Shown here one piece after another: positions 1-9,011 of a DNA stretch of 64,000 nt (position 1 is its first letter; every line of letters starts with the position of its first letter). The translations under genes were made by a program, and so were the position numbers. The notes beneath the pieces are model-generated. The model was given only the letters and a program-made list of their open reading frames with translations, ran no database searches and was not told the DNA's origin. This DNA comes from a virus. Its lineage: Duplodnaviria; Caudoviricetes. The stretch lies in IMG/VR virus record IMGVR_UViG_3300035675_000001. One strand, given 5' to 3'.

Positions 1-1
1 A

Positions 2-325
2 TTACACGGCTGGCCCCGCAGAGGCTTGGGGAGGTAGGGGAGCTGGATCACGCGGAGCTGGGTATCCAAGGAGCGCCAGGGTTTCCGCGTCCGGCTCTGG
101 CTCCTGCGCGAAGCTGGTCGCGTCGTTGTTCATCAGGGTGACTACGCGCCTGCCGATCTCGTCCTGCTTGCGGGCCGCTCTGGCTTCCATCCAGCCCAGT
201 GACCCTTTGCCGGTCAGGAAGCCCCAGCCCCGCATGTCCAGGACGCGCTCGTTCTTGGCGTCGTAGATCATCTGGCCTTCGTCATCGTAGCGGAAGGGCG
301 GGGTCCAGGGGGCGTAGGGATTCAT
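2..325 (-). CDS. hypothetical protein
   Basis: ORF ending TAA at 2-4; ATG at 325 (MNPYAPW...) chosen because it avoids overlap with the neighbouring gene. Confidence 0.6.
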   Translation of the reverse strand: MNPYAPWTPPFRYDDEGQMIYDAKNERVLDMRGWGFLTGKGSLGWMEARAARKQDEIGRRVVTLMNNDATSFAQEPEPDAETLALLGYPAPRDPAPLPPQASAGPAV

Positions 326-354
326 AAAGCAGGCTTTCGACAAAGCGGGTTGTG

Positions 355-1119
355 TTAAGCCGCAGCGCCTTTGCTTTCGACAACAGGCTTCCGGCCTCTG
401 CCGCCCCACTCGGAGCTGCTGGAGCCAGCGCCCTTTTTCTTGTGGCGATCCGGGATGGTCCCTGGAGGCGGGGGCACGCAGGGCTTGCTTTCCAGGACCG
501 GCTCACCGGCCAGGCGCTTGCGGATGATCTCGTTGACGGCCTCCATCTCCAAGCCATCGGTGCGCCAGACGCGCCAGCGCCTTTTCTTCTTGTCGTGCTC
601 CTCCAGGTTGGCAATGCGGACGGTGACCTCCATGCCCAGGCTGCGGGCGATGTTCTTGACGCTGGTGGGCTGCTTGTCGGTGACGAAGCTGTCGCCGATC
701 TTGCCGGTCGTGGCCAGCTTGCGGAGGACTCCGGTCAGGACGCCTGTGGCGTGGAGCCGGGGAGGGATCAGGACTACGGCTTCTTCGATCTCGTGCTCTT
801 TCATAACGATGGAACTTTGGGGAACCTGGTTGTGGTAGTAGCGGTTGATCCGGGCGCACATGTGGCACTGGTAGGCATACTGGCTCTTGCTGTTGCCGCA
901 GGTCGGGCAATGGATGCTGACCAGCCGGGTGTAGCGCCTCTTGAAAACCTGCTTGGCCTGGCTGAGCATGGCAGCCAGTTCGTCGTTGTTGGCCTGGCGT
1001 GCGGCGACGGTCTTCTCCTTCCAGACGCGGAGGGCGAAGTTGTAATCTTCCTCGCTACGAATCTCGAAATCATGATCCAGGCCGCACAGCTCTTTAGCAT
1101 GGCGGAAATAGAATCGCAC
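355..1119 (-). CDS. hypothetical protein with CxxC...CxxC zinc finger
   Basis: CPTC-x10-CHMC motif, basic C-terminus, same-strand gene run. Confidence 0.65.
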   Translation of the reverse strand: MRFYFRHAKELCGLDHDFEIRSEEDYNFALRVWKEKTVAARQANNDELAAMLSQAKQVFKRRYTRLVSIHCPTCGNSKSQYAYQCHMCARINRYYHNQVPQSSIVMKEHEIEEAVVLIPPRLHATGVLTGVLRKLATTGKIGDSFVTDKQPTSVKNIARSLGMEVTVRIANLEEHDKKKRRWRVWRTDGLEMEAVNEIIRKRLAGEPVLESKPCVPPPPGTIPDRHKKKGAGSSSSEWGGRGRKPVVESKGAAA

Positions 1120-1125
1120 TGCGTG

Positions 1126-1377
1126 CTAACTACTGGCCGCGTTCAACTTGTCGGCGACCAGCCGGACCACGTTCTCGACCGTGCGGGGCTGGATGTCTCT
1201 CGGCTCGATGGCGATGTTGAACTCGTCGCCCAGGGACACGCAAAACTCCACGGTGTCCAGGCTATCCATCTGGAGTTCGGTATCCAGGTGGGTGCCCAGC
1301 GTGATGTCGCTTTCAGGCTTGAGCTGGGTGCTCGCCAGAACCTTTCGCGTCCGCTCGAATATCTCTTGCTGCGTCAT
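1126..1377 (-). CDS. acpP: acyl carrier protein
   Basis: 83 aa acidic protein MTQQEIFERTRKVLA...LQMDSLDTVEFCVSLGDEFNIAI...TVENVVRLV with the DSL phosphopantetheine site; GTTCTACT motif 4 nt upstream of ATG 1377. Confidence 0.85.
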   Translation of the reverse strand: MTQQEIFERTRKVLASTQLKPESDITLGTHLDTELQMDSLDTVEFCVSLGDEFNIAIEPRDIQPRTVENVVRLVADKLNAASS

Positions 1378-2008
1378 GCCCAGTAGAACCGCTTTCGAGC
1401 CGGAGCTTGCCGCTGATCTCTTTGGCCAGCTCGATGGCCTTGTTACGGTCGGCCACATCCCGACTGGTGCGCTTGCCTTTCTCGCGCCATTTGAGCCGGA
1501 ACTGATTCCGACGAATGGCATAGACGCAGACCATCGCGTCATCGCTCCCAGCCACATGGATGGTGCCCACGCGGTTCTCCAGCTCGTTTCGCACTTCTGC
1601 CAAAGCAACCTTGTTGCTCCGGCAAGAACTCTCGGCGGCGAACACGCGCCGGGTCAGTTCGTTATCGTGGGCCGTGATGATTCCGGTGCAGTCTTTGATG
1701 ATGGTGTCCCGCAGCTTGGCCGAGCGCAGAGTCAGGTCATCGAACTGCGCTCTCAACGGCTCAACTTGCGCTTTGACCTGCTCCTCCACCAACCGTTTCA
1801 TCTCCGCAAAGCAGTCCTTCCGCAGCATCTCCATTTTGTTGTCGATCATGGCTACCCACTTCTTGTCGAGTTCCTTGATCGCCTCTTTGAGTTCAGCCGC
1901 TTCGCCGCTGTGTTTGGTATCAGGCGATCCGAAGCTGCGCTCGATCACGCGCACGCACTTGTCGCCTTCGTATTCCTTAATGACTTCTCTCAAGATAGTC
2001 TCGTTCAT
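1313..2008 (-). CDS. coiled-coil hypothetical protein
   Basis: 231 aa, helical K/E-rich; GTTCTACT 6 nt upstream. Confidence 0.65.
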   Translation of the reverse strand: MNETILREVIKEYEGDKCVRVIERSFGSPDTKHSGEAAELKEAIKELDKKWVAMIDNKMEMLRKDCFAEMKRLVEEQVKAQVEPLRAQFDDLTLRSAKLRDTIIKDCTGIITAHDNELTRRVFAAESSCRSNKVALAEVRNELENRVGTIHVAGSDDAMVCVYAIRRNQFRLKWREKGKRTSRDVADRNKAIELAKEISGKLRLESGSTGHDAARDIRADAKGSGEHPAQA

Positions 2009-2014
2009 ACGGCG

Positions 2015-2056
2015 AGTAGAACGTAAATGGAAATTGTTTACAAGTTTTTGTTTACA
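2015..2056 (-). promoter_or_regulatory. putative phage middle-type promoter: tandem TGTAAACA boxes plus GTTCTACT
   Basis: minus strand TGTAAACA-N6-TGTAAACA-N12-GTTCTACT-N6-ATG; same architecture at 27516-27541, 30676-30700 and 47354-47380. Confidence 0.5.
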
Positions 2057-2094
2057 GCCTCCCTGCTCCCGTCAAGAGTATATCGCCGAATGCG

Positions 2095-2289
2095 TTAAGC
2101 CATCGGATCGAGCTTGTCTTGCAGCTCCCGCTCGAATACCAGGACGATCTCCTTCACCGTGACTTCGCCCTTGGCAACCGCCTGGTCGATCTCGCCGACA
2201 CCCAGCTCCGGGTCGGCCTGGCGGTTTCGCAGCAGGAGGTCAGTCACGACGTGGGCCGTCGCATCCAGGACTTTTTGCCTTCGGCTCAT
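2095..2289 (-). CDS. small hypothetical protein
   Basis: MSRRQKVLD...; 64 aa, fits the gene run. Confidence 0.5.
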   Translation of the reverse strand: MSRRQKVLDATAHVVTDLLLRNRQADPELGVGEIDQAVAKGEVTVKEIVLVFERELQDKLDPMA

Positions 2290-2314
2290 TGCGAAAATTG
2301 TCAATGGTGTTCAT

Positions 2315-2791
2315 TCAGGATACGTGTTCCCCGTGGAACATTTTCTGCAACCGAGCCTTGTCAAGAAGGGGTTGCAGGTGCCACTGGTCCTCCGGCATGA
2401 CGAAGGGCACGCAGCCCTTGCGCCGGGCCATCACGTAGCCGTCCACGCACGCCATGCAGCGCATCTCCCCGTGGGCGTCGCTGATACGGTCACCGGGCTG
2501 CGGATGCGCCAGAGTGGCTGCCAGGCGCTTGTAGTGGGCCTTGTCGATCTCCATGCCCTCCATCCGCATCAGCTCCAGCCTGGCCCGCTGGGCTTCTGCC
2601 AGCTTGGTATCCGGGCGCAGCCGGTTGTTGAAGCGGACCCTGGCCAGCTCGATGTAGCCCTCCATGCGCCACTCGGTCGGGTATTTGCCGCTCACCTTGC
2701 GGCTCGACCAGATGATCGTGTTCCGGTCCTCACTCCACTCCTCAAAGAGCGGCTGGCCTTTGAACAGGACGCCGGTGATGATCTTCTTCAT
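2315..2791 (-). CDS. hypothetical protein
   Basis: ATG (MKKIITG) overlaps the TGA of the upstream gene (ATGA coupling). Confidence 0.6.
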   Translation of the reverse strand: MKKIITGVLFKGQPLFEEWSEDRNTIIWSSRKVSGKYPTEWRMEGYIELARVRFNNRLRPDTKLAEAQRARLELMRMEGMEIDKAHYKRLAATLAHPQPGDRISDAHGEMRCMACVDGYVMARRKGCVPFVMPEDQWHLQPLLDKARLQKMFHGEHVS

Positions 2792-2985
2792 TGGAAGCCG
2801 ATGCGGTCGCCATACTTCTCGATCATCTTGAGGATGGCCTCGCGCTGTTTGGGGCTGAACTGGAACGAGTCGATATTGCTTTCGATGAACTGGGCTTCCC
2901 AGCCGGAAACCTCCACCGGGGCATCGTCCAGCTCTTGCAGAAATCGGCTCAGCTCGCCGTCCGTGTAGTGAGCTTTCATCTTCAT
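2788..2985 (-). CDS. small hypothetical protein
   Basis: ATGA-coupled to both neighbours. Confidence 0.55.
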   Translation of the reverse strand: MKMKAHYTDGELSRFLQELDDAPVEVSGWEAQFIESNIDSFQFSPKQREAILKMIEKYGDRIGFQ

Positions 2986-3305
2986 CCTTTCTTCCACTTC
3001 TCACTCGGATCATCGTCGCCGCCCTGGCGCAGCCGCTCGTCGATTTCCTTGTTGCCCGTGGCGAAGTTGGGCGGCACCTGGGGCAGTGGTTCCTGGCGCT
3101 GGCCCTGTTGCTCCTGCTGGATGAACAGATACATCCCATTCTTGCTCACGCACAAGCCAGCCACTTCGGCGCTGGTCATGACGACGGCACCCTCAAACGG
3201 CCCGCGCTCCGCTTCGCTGACTTCGGTAACCAGCCTGATCTCAATGCTCAGGAAGGCAGTCGGCAACTGCTGGATCGCGTTAACGAGTTGTCCAAGTGTC
3301 AACAT
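2982..3305 (-). CDS. hypothetical protein
   Basis: GTTCTACT 4 nt upstream of ATG. Confidence 0.55.
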   Translation of the reverse strand: MLTLGQLVNAIQQLPTAFLSIEIRLVTEVSEAERGPFEGAVVMTSAEVAGLCVSKNGMYLFIQQEQQGQRQEPLPQVPPNFATGNKEIDERLRQGGDDDPSEKWKKG

Positions 3306-3321
3306 GCAGAGTAGAACGGAA

Positions 3322-3798
3322 TCACTCGACCGGCGTGACCGTTACAATCTGGCGCAGGTATAGCCGGTTGGTCGGCGGCAGGCACGGGTCCACGATGGGA
3401 TGAAGGAACGGCGGGTAGGGGAAGGGCCTGGGCTTGGCGAGCAAGAAGACCTCGTTGCTGGGGTCGCTCTCCAGGCCGCTGGCATCGCAAGCCGTGGCCA
3501 TGAAGTAGTAGGTCACGCCAATCTCAAAGGTGTTTGTTATTTTTGCACAGTGACTTGTAGGGCACAAGCACTCCACCCAGCGGATGTTGTTGCTGGCATA
3601 GCCGTTGTAGCCCAGGCCCACAGACAGGTTGGTGTAGTAAACGCCGCTGTTGGTCCCCCAATAGATTTTGAACGTAGAGATTTTGGGTATCTCCGCCTCC
3701 GGGTAGTCCCACGCCAGGGCAACGCCGACCTTGTTGGTTGTCTGTCCCAGCCCGGTCAGGGCGGAGATCAGCCAGATGAGTGAGATGAGCTTTCTCAT
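3322..3798 (-). CDS. secreted fibronectin type III-like domain protein
   Basis: N-terminal signal peptide; LAWD...FKIYWGTNSGVY...TYYFMATACDASGLESDPSNEV is an FN3 pattern. Confidence 0.7.
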   Translation of the reverse strand: MRKLISLIWLISALTGLGQTTNKVGVALAWDYPEAEIPKISTFKIYWGTNSGVYYTNLSVGLGYNGYASNNIRWVECLCPTSHCAKITNTFEIGVTYYFMATACDASGLESDPSNEVFLLAKPRPFPYPPFLHPIVDPCLPPTNRLYLRQIVTVTPVE

Positions 3799-6700
3799 TG
3801 GGGATGGTGGTAAACGAAAGGCTTGAGCATCCGATGCCAGCGGTTGACAAAGCTGCGCTCTGCCTCGTGGCCGCGCTCTTTGCTCTTGAGGATGTTTACA
3901 ATCTCTGTCCGGTAAAAGTTGGTGATGGCGTCTTTCAGCTCTTGCAGCCGGTTGAAGTCGAAGTTGAAGGACTTCCAGTGGGCGCTCTTACCGATCCGGC
4001 TGTGGGGCGGAACCTCGACCACCAGGTAAGCTGTCGTGCTCAGCCACTTGATGTGGTAGTCCGGGTCTTCCTCGCTGCTCATGGACATGATCTGAACGGT
4101 CACGGAGCCGCTGTAACCGTGCTCGGCGTTCTTGGCCTCCATCCGGTAAATCCGGTCAGGGTGCTCATCATGAAGTCCGCGCCACTTCTCCTCGGTCCAG
4201 ATGAAGTGCTCCGGCGATACCGCGTCCTTCCAGTCGATGTCATCCTCCGCCGCCTCATACACCCGCTTGAAAGCAGGCTGCTGCTCGGCCCAGGCCAAAC
4301 CCTTCTCAACCGCCGCGTTCCAGTCCGGGATGCCGGGCACGACCAGGGCGTCGATCATCTGCCGGTGAAGGTTCTTGCCCGCCACGCCGGTCTCCTTCCA
4401 GAGCGTGAACTGGAACCTCTGCTCCCGGTTCTGGCCATACTTGTCCACCAGGTTGCCAATGTCCAGGGCGAGACCGCCAGGGTGAACGAACTTCTTCTGG
4501 ACGACCATGTTGGCCTTGGGGTCATTCAGGAATTGGTAGTGGTGGGCTGTGAAAGCATGGCCCTCGCCTGCGCCCTCCCAACCACTGTCGCCCGTCACTT
4601 CCTTCCAGCCAATGTCCTCGTCGGACTCCTCAACCCAATGGTCCCGGACCTCGCGGAAGTAGGGGCTGCGGTTGGCCCAGTCGATAGCGCCCTTCAAGGC
4701 ACCGTCCATGTTCAAAGCCGCGATCTCCTGGCGCTCCTTCACGTCCAGGTGGTGTTTCAGCTCGACCGAATAGATGTGGTGCCCGGTCCCCGGATTGATC
4801 GGGTTATCGACCGTGGTGCGATACTGGAGCAGCAGGCGGAATCCCGTCTCCGGGTGCTTGGCCATCGCCATCGAGTGGCCCTGCGGCCCGATCATCCAGC
4901 CGTCCAGCTCCCCCACGGCGTCCTTCCAGTCAACCTCGTCCTCACCCTCCTGGGTAGGCAGCAGCTTCATCTTGCGGGCGATTTCCCGGACCAGCTTGTC
5001 ATTGTCCAGGCCCAGGGGCGGCAGGTCATCCAGCGGAACCCACTTGACCTTCTCGGCATCGTCGCCCGCCGTGGCCCTTTCGCCGTCCGGCAGAGTCGTG
5101 CCGTAAACGGTGACCTGCTTCTTGCCGGTCTCATTGGGCATGTCCTTGATGTAAACGAGGCGACCCAGGTCGAGCTTGGTCTCCTCCTTCATCTCCCGGT
5201 GCGCGGCATCTTCGATGGACTCGCCTTCATTCGCGTGCCCACCTGGGATCACCCACTCTCCCTCAGCCGGGGGATACTCGCGCTTGCAGACCAGGCACTC
5301 GAATCCCTTGTCACTCCGCTTGCGGAAAACGGCCACGATGGCGACGCGGCTCTTGTCGTCGCCCTCCTCACTGTTCTCGATCAGGTCTTCCCCGTGGACA
5401 TCCGGGATGCCTGTCATCCGGCTGGCCTCCTCGCGGGTGACGAACTCTCCACGCCTGGTCAGGAAGCCGATCTCCACCTGCTCCCAAATCCGGTTGTAGG
5501 CGTCGTTGTCCACTTCGCCCAGGGCTTCCAGGTCAGCCAGGCTTTTGACCTTGCCGAACATGCCTTGCTGGAGGAATCGCTCCATCGCTTCGGAGTGCGT
5601 GGACCCTGTGGCGACCTGGCGGGTGCGTTTGTGCAGCACAGCAGGCTCGACAAGCGGCCTATTTGTCGCCTCATGCACAATGTCTTGCGGGCTTGTCAGC
5701 GTGCTGAACCTACCTGTTTTTGGATCGTAACTTGTCACACTCTTGTCAACTGCAAGTGCTTCTGCCAGAGCATCCAAGGACTTGTTAGCATACCACTCAC
5801 CTTTGACAGATACAAAACCTTGTTGCTCAGACTCTTGCACGCTACGCAGCGTTCCGCCTTGTTCGAGCAAGCGATTGACAAGACCAGCCTGACAAGACTC
5901 GACTTTGCCCCAGCCGTCGATGCTCAAGATGTGCTTTGGAACGATCAGATTGAAGGTGTCCACCCCGGCAGGCACCGCCCTGATCGACTTCATCTGCTTG
6001 TCATTCAGACCCAGCTTGCGGATAGCGTCTTTGACAAGAAGCATGTCCTGGAGCAACCAGCCCGGCCAGTGAACATGGAACGCCTTGCTATGGCCCGACC
6101 AGGGGAACAAGAATGTGCTCTGCGCCCCGGCTCCCATGATGGCAGCTTCGATGTCGTTTCGCTTGAGCTTGAATGGACCCGCGACATCTTTCCAGGTCGC
6201 GCCCTCGTCGTCTTCAACTGCCTCCGCAACTTGGCTCTCCTCGATGCCACGGTGGTAGAAGTTCAGCTCGATCCTGCCCAGGTCTTTCCGATAGTCCCAG
6301 CTCACCCAGTCCGGGCGGATGCCCACGTCTTCGATCACTTGCGCTGCGATTTGCAGCGCGTCCACATCCTCCTGGTTGGGCACCCACATCCCACGGAAGG
6401 TCATCCAATCCCCCTCCCAAAAGTTGGTGACGCCGGTCAGACCGTTGTTTGCCATCGCTTGCTCAACTTCTTGCAGAGTTGGCTTGCGGGCCGGAACTAC
6501 GTCCTTCCAGTCAGCTTCCTCGTCACTCTCGATGATGTCGCCGCCGCCAATCCCCAGGATGTCCGTGGACAGGGTGCCGGTGCCGGGGTGGTAGAAGAAG
6601 TCACGGCTGTCGCTCCTGCCGCCGCCCAGGTAGTCGAGGGCCAGCTCGTCGATCTCGCGCTTCATCTGCTCCGGGTCCAGACCCTTGGCAGCAAAGCCGT

Positions 6701-9011
6701 GAATGTAACCCGCCCGCTGGGGCACGCGCAGGCTGTGGCTGACGATCTGCCAGCCGCGATCCTTCATGGCTTGCAGAAAAGCCTTCCAGTCAGCACCGAT
6801 AACAAAGCTGTCCCTGGGCTTGCCCTTGGTCACGCTGACAACAAGGTCGTCCTCGTCATCATCAGCAAGTGCTTCTGCAACATCCTTCTTGACCTCTGGA
6901 ATGTCGAACAGGTGGAACCAGAGCTTGCCAGTATGGCGGTTCCGCTTCATGTCGGTGTCGTCCCAGCCCACGTTCGGAGCGCCGACCGCCTGGGCCAGCT
7001 CAACCGCTGCTTGCTCTGGTGCTTGCTGGAAATCAGGGGGCACCACTCCGCTCACATACACGGTCTTGGAATCCCAGTAGCCCTCGATCTGCGTGTAGCC
7101 CTTGTCCTGGAGCACCTGCATAGCCTGGCTGACAACCAGGTCGTTCGGATGGCCCATTGTGTCCTTACCACCAAGGTCATCGTCGTCAGCAAGTGACTCC
7201 GCAACAACAGCAGGGTGGTAGATGTTGAACGAGAACTTGAACATGGGCCGGTAGAGCGGAGGCTTGCCCGGCTTGACCTCGGTGCCGTGAGTCACCCGGC
7301 TTGCGCCCAACGTCTCGCGCAGCTTGTCAGCCGCCAGCTCCGGCATATCGGCCTTGGAGTTGCCAGGCACCTTGCCGGTCACGACCAGCCAGCCATTGGG
7401 GTGCCGGTAGCCACGGAGTGTCGCGTAGCCGCAGTCCCGCAGGACCATCATGGCCTGGTTGAGCAGCACGTCGCCCGGCTCGCCCATCGTGTCCACAGGC
7501 TTGCCGATGTCGTCGTCATCGTCCTCCAGGCTCTCCTCGATCTCTTTGAAGGCCGTGATCTCCGGGTCACCCACGAACCAGGTGATGTCCCAGGCTCCCA
7601 GGTCAGACTTCCAGCGGGTAGTGTAGTCGATGTCGTCGGTGCCCAGGATTTCGTAGAGGCTGGACTTGATCTGGCGGCAGAAGTTCTCCAGCTCCGGGGT
7701 GGATACTCCGCTCACGGTCCAGGGCTTGTTGTAGGTCGGGACGATGATGGTGTCCACGATCCGCTTGGGCTTGCCCAGGTCGCCCCAGCCCTCGTCGGAA
7801 GGTTCCTCGATGACCTTGTAAATCTTCAACCCGGCCAGCCCGAACAGGTGCCGGATCATGGCCCCCTTCTCGGTCGGGGTATGCAGCTCCTTGCCGCTGA
7901 TGTCGTCGTCTTCCAGGGACTCCTCTTGTGGGCCAGGAGGCCAGTCCAGGCTGGTGTCACCCCTGGCGCGTGCGGCATCGAGCCGCCTCTGCTCGGCCTT
8001 GTTGCGCTTGTCAGCCTCTTGCTCCTTCTGGCGCTTGTCATTCAACCACTGCTCGATGGAGTTGATGACCTGCTCGTTGCTGTCCGATTTGACGATGATC
8101 GAGAACCAGGTCGAGCCTTGCTCGGAATAGAAACCGGCCTTGCGGAGCGCCAGGTCCATCATGGCGTGGAGCGTGTAGCAACAGGAATCCAGGGCGAAGT
8201 AGGGCATGTGGTCGCCGCCGTCGTGGACGACGATGAGCACGCCGCCCTCACCATACTGCTCGCCCTTGGCCTTCCACTGCTCCGGGGTGTAGAAGACGTG
8301 CTTGTGCCCGCCCGAATACATGGCGTCATGGTGGTCGAGCACGCCAACGATGATCTTCCAAGCCCGCTCGGCATCCGGCGAGGCCCCTTCCGGCAGCGCG
8401 AAGTCTGGCGGGATGGGAGGCCCATAGACTTCCTTCTCGTCCGCGAAATCCGCTTCCGACGCCTCGACCACGACCAGGGAGAGGTTCCACATGTTGTTCC
8501 ACTGGTCGAGCGCCAGCTTGTTCTCCCGGACCACCACGCCCTGCGGAAGCTCGGCGCGGACCAGCCCGGCCAGCTCCTTGCCCATCTGCTCGCAGTTCTC
8601 CCGGAGCATCTTTCGGCTCTCAGCCTCCGGCAGCGTGAGCTTGATGGTGAGAAACTGCCCGGCCAGATGCCGGTCGCCGACGCGGCGGTCGCGGCTCCAC
8701 TCGAACTCGAACAGCAGGCCGCTCTGATGGAACAGATCACCGACTTTGTTTACAAAATCTTCGCCCAGCCTGGCCTTGAGGTCACTGCCCTTGGTGCCGA
8801 TCACCGGCACTGACTCCGCCAAGCGCACCCACTCGCCGCCTACGGGCAGGTTGACTACCTGCTGGTCCTCGTGGTTGAACACGTCGCCCTGGGAGTAGCT
8901 GACCCAGCCGTCATCGTTCGACCAGTAATCCCCAGCCTGGTTGCGGATCATGAAGCGCGGGTAAACCGCCACTTCCTTCATGTCGAAGTCTTGTTCCAGG
9001 ATCGTGCTCAT
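3795..9011 (-). CDS. 1738-aa modular protein with repeated acidic linkers and a Nudix hydrolase domain
   Basis: Nudix box GGHANEGESIEDAAHREMKEETKL (GX5EX7REUXEE) at about 5175-5245; about 10 acidic linkers. Confidence 0.8.
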   Translation of the reverse strand: MSTILEQDFDMKEVAVYPRFMIRNQAGDYWSNDDGWVSYSQGDVFNHEDQQVVNLPVGGEWVRLAESVPVIGTKGSDLKARLGEDFVNKVGDLFHQSGLLFEFEWSRDRRVGDRHLAGQFLTIKLTLPEAESRKMLRENCEQMGKELAGLVRAELPQGVVVRENKLALDQWNNMWNLSLVVVEASEADFADEKEVYGPPIPPDFALPEGASPDAERAWKIIVGVLDHHDAMYSGGHKHVFYTPEQWKAKGEQYGEGGVLIVVHDGGDHMPYFALDSCCYTLHAMMDLALRKAGFYSEQGSTWFSIIVKSDSNEQVINSIEQWLNDKRQKEQEADKRNKAEQRRLDAARARGDTSLDWPPGPQEESLEDDDISGKELHTPTEKGAMIRHLFGLAGLKIYKVIEEPSDEGWGDLGKPKRIVDTIIVPTYNKPWTVSGVSTPELENFCRQIKSSLYEILGTDDIDYTTRWKSDLGAWDITWFVGDPEITAFKEIEESLEDDDDDIGKPVDTMGEPGDVLLNQAMMVLRDCGYATLRGYRHPNGWLVVTGKVPGNSKADMPELAADKLRETLGASRVTHGTEVKPGKPPLYRPMFKFSFNIYHPAVVAESLADDDDLGGKDTMGHPNDLVVSQAMQVLQDKGYTQIEGYWDSKTVYVSGVVPPDFQQAPEQAAVELAQAVGAPNVGWDDTDMKRNRHTGKLWFHLFDIPEVKKDVAEALADDDEDDLVVSVTKGKPRDSFVIGADWKAFLQAMKDRGWQIVSHSLRVPQRAGYIHGFAAKGLDPEQMKREIDELALDYLGGGRSDSRDFFYHPGTGTLSTDILGIGGGDIIESDEEADWKDVVPARKPTLQEVEQAMANNGLTGVTNFWEGDWMTFRGMWVPNQEDVDALQIAAQVIEDVGIRPDWVSWDYRKDLGRIELNFYHRGIEESQVAEAVEDDEGATWKDVAGPFKLKRNDIEAAIMGAGAQSTFLFPWSGHSKAFHVHWPGWLLQDMLLVKDAIRKLGLNDKQMKSIRAVPAGVDTFNLIVPKHILSIDGWGKVESCQAGLVNRLLEQGGTLRSVQESEQQGFVSVKGEWYANKSLDALAEALAVDKSVTSYDPKTGRFSTLTSPQDIVHEATNRPLVEPAVLHKRTRQVATGSTHSEAMERFLQQGMFGKVKSLADLEALGEVDNDAYNRIWEQVEIGFLTRRGEFVTREEASRMTGIPDVHGEDLIENSEEGDDKSRVAIVAVFRKRSDKGFECLVCKREYPPAEGEWVIPGGHANEGESIEDAAHREMKEETKLDLGRLVYIKDMPNETGKKQVTVYGTTLPDGERATAGDDAEKVKWVPLDDLPPLGLDNDKLVREIARKMKLLPTQEGEDEVDWKDAVGELDGWMIGPQGHSMAMAKHPETGFRLLLQYRTTVDNPINPGTGHHIYSVELKHHLDVKERQEIAALNMDGALKGAIDWANRSPYFREVRDHWVEESDEDIGWKEVTGDSGWEGAGEGHAFTAHHYQFLNDPKANMVVQKKFVHPGGLALDIGNLVDKYGQNREQRFQFTLWKETGVAGKNLHRQMIDALVVPGIPDWNAAVEKGLAWAEQQPAFKRVYEAAEDDIDWKDAVSPEHFIWTEEKWRGLHDEHPDRIYRMEAKNAEHGYSGSVTVQIMSMSSEEDPDYHIKWLSTTAYLVVEVPPHSRIGKSAHWKSFNFDFNRLQELKDAITNFYRTEIVNILKSKERGHEAERSFVNRWHRMLKPFVYHHPQ

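Noticed and set aside
1378-1608. ORF-track N-terminal extension of the ACP (160 aa)
   Set aside because: Overlaps the 1313-2008 gene; ACP homology and the upstream motif both point to ATG 1377
2299-2366. TTGACA hexamers at 2299 and 2359 as sigma70 promoters
   Set aside because: No acceptable -10 box at 16-18 nt spacing
4218-6510. DNA repeat GTCCTTCCAGTC (about 4224, 4921, 6501) as a non-coding repeat family
   Set aside because: Explained by the repeated DWKD peptide; covered under the acidic-tag finding
3798-8813. Very long plus-strand ORFs (3798-7196, 7215-8813; likewise 17022-19151, 19509-21620, 27602-28462, 36746-37864, 54050-55621)
   Set aside because: Antisense shadows of strongly GC3-biased minus-strand genes; V/L/G/A/R-rich with no motifs and no start signals
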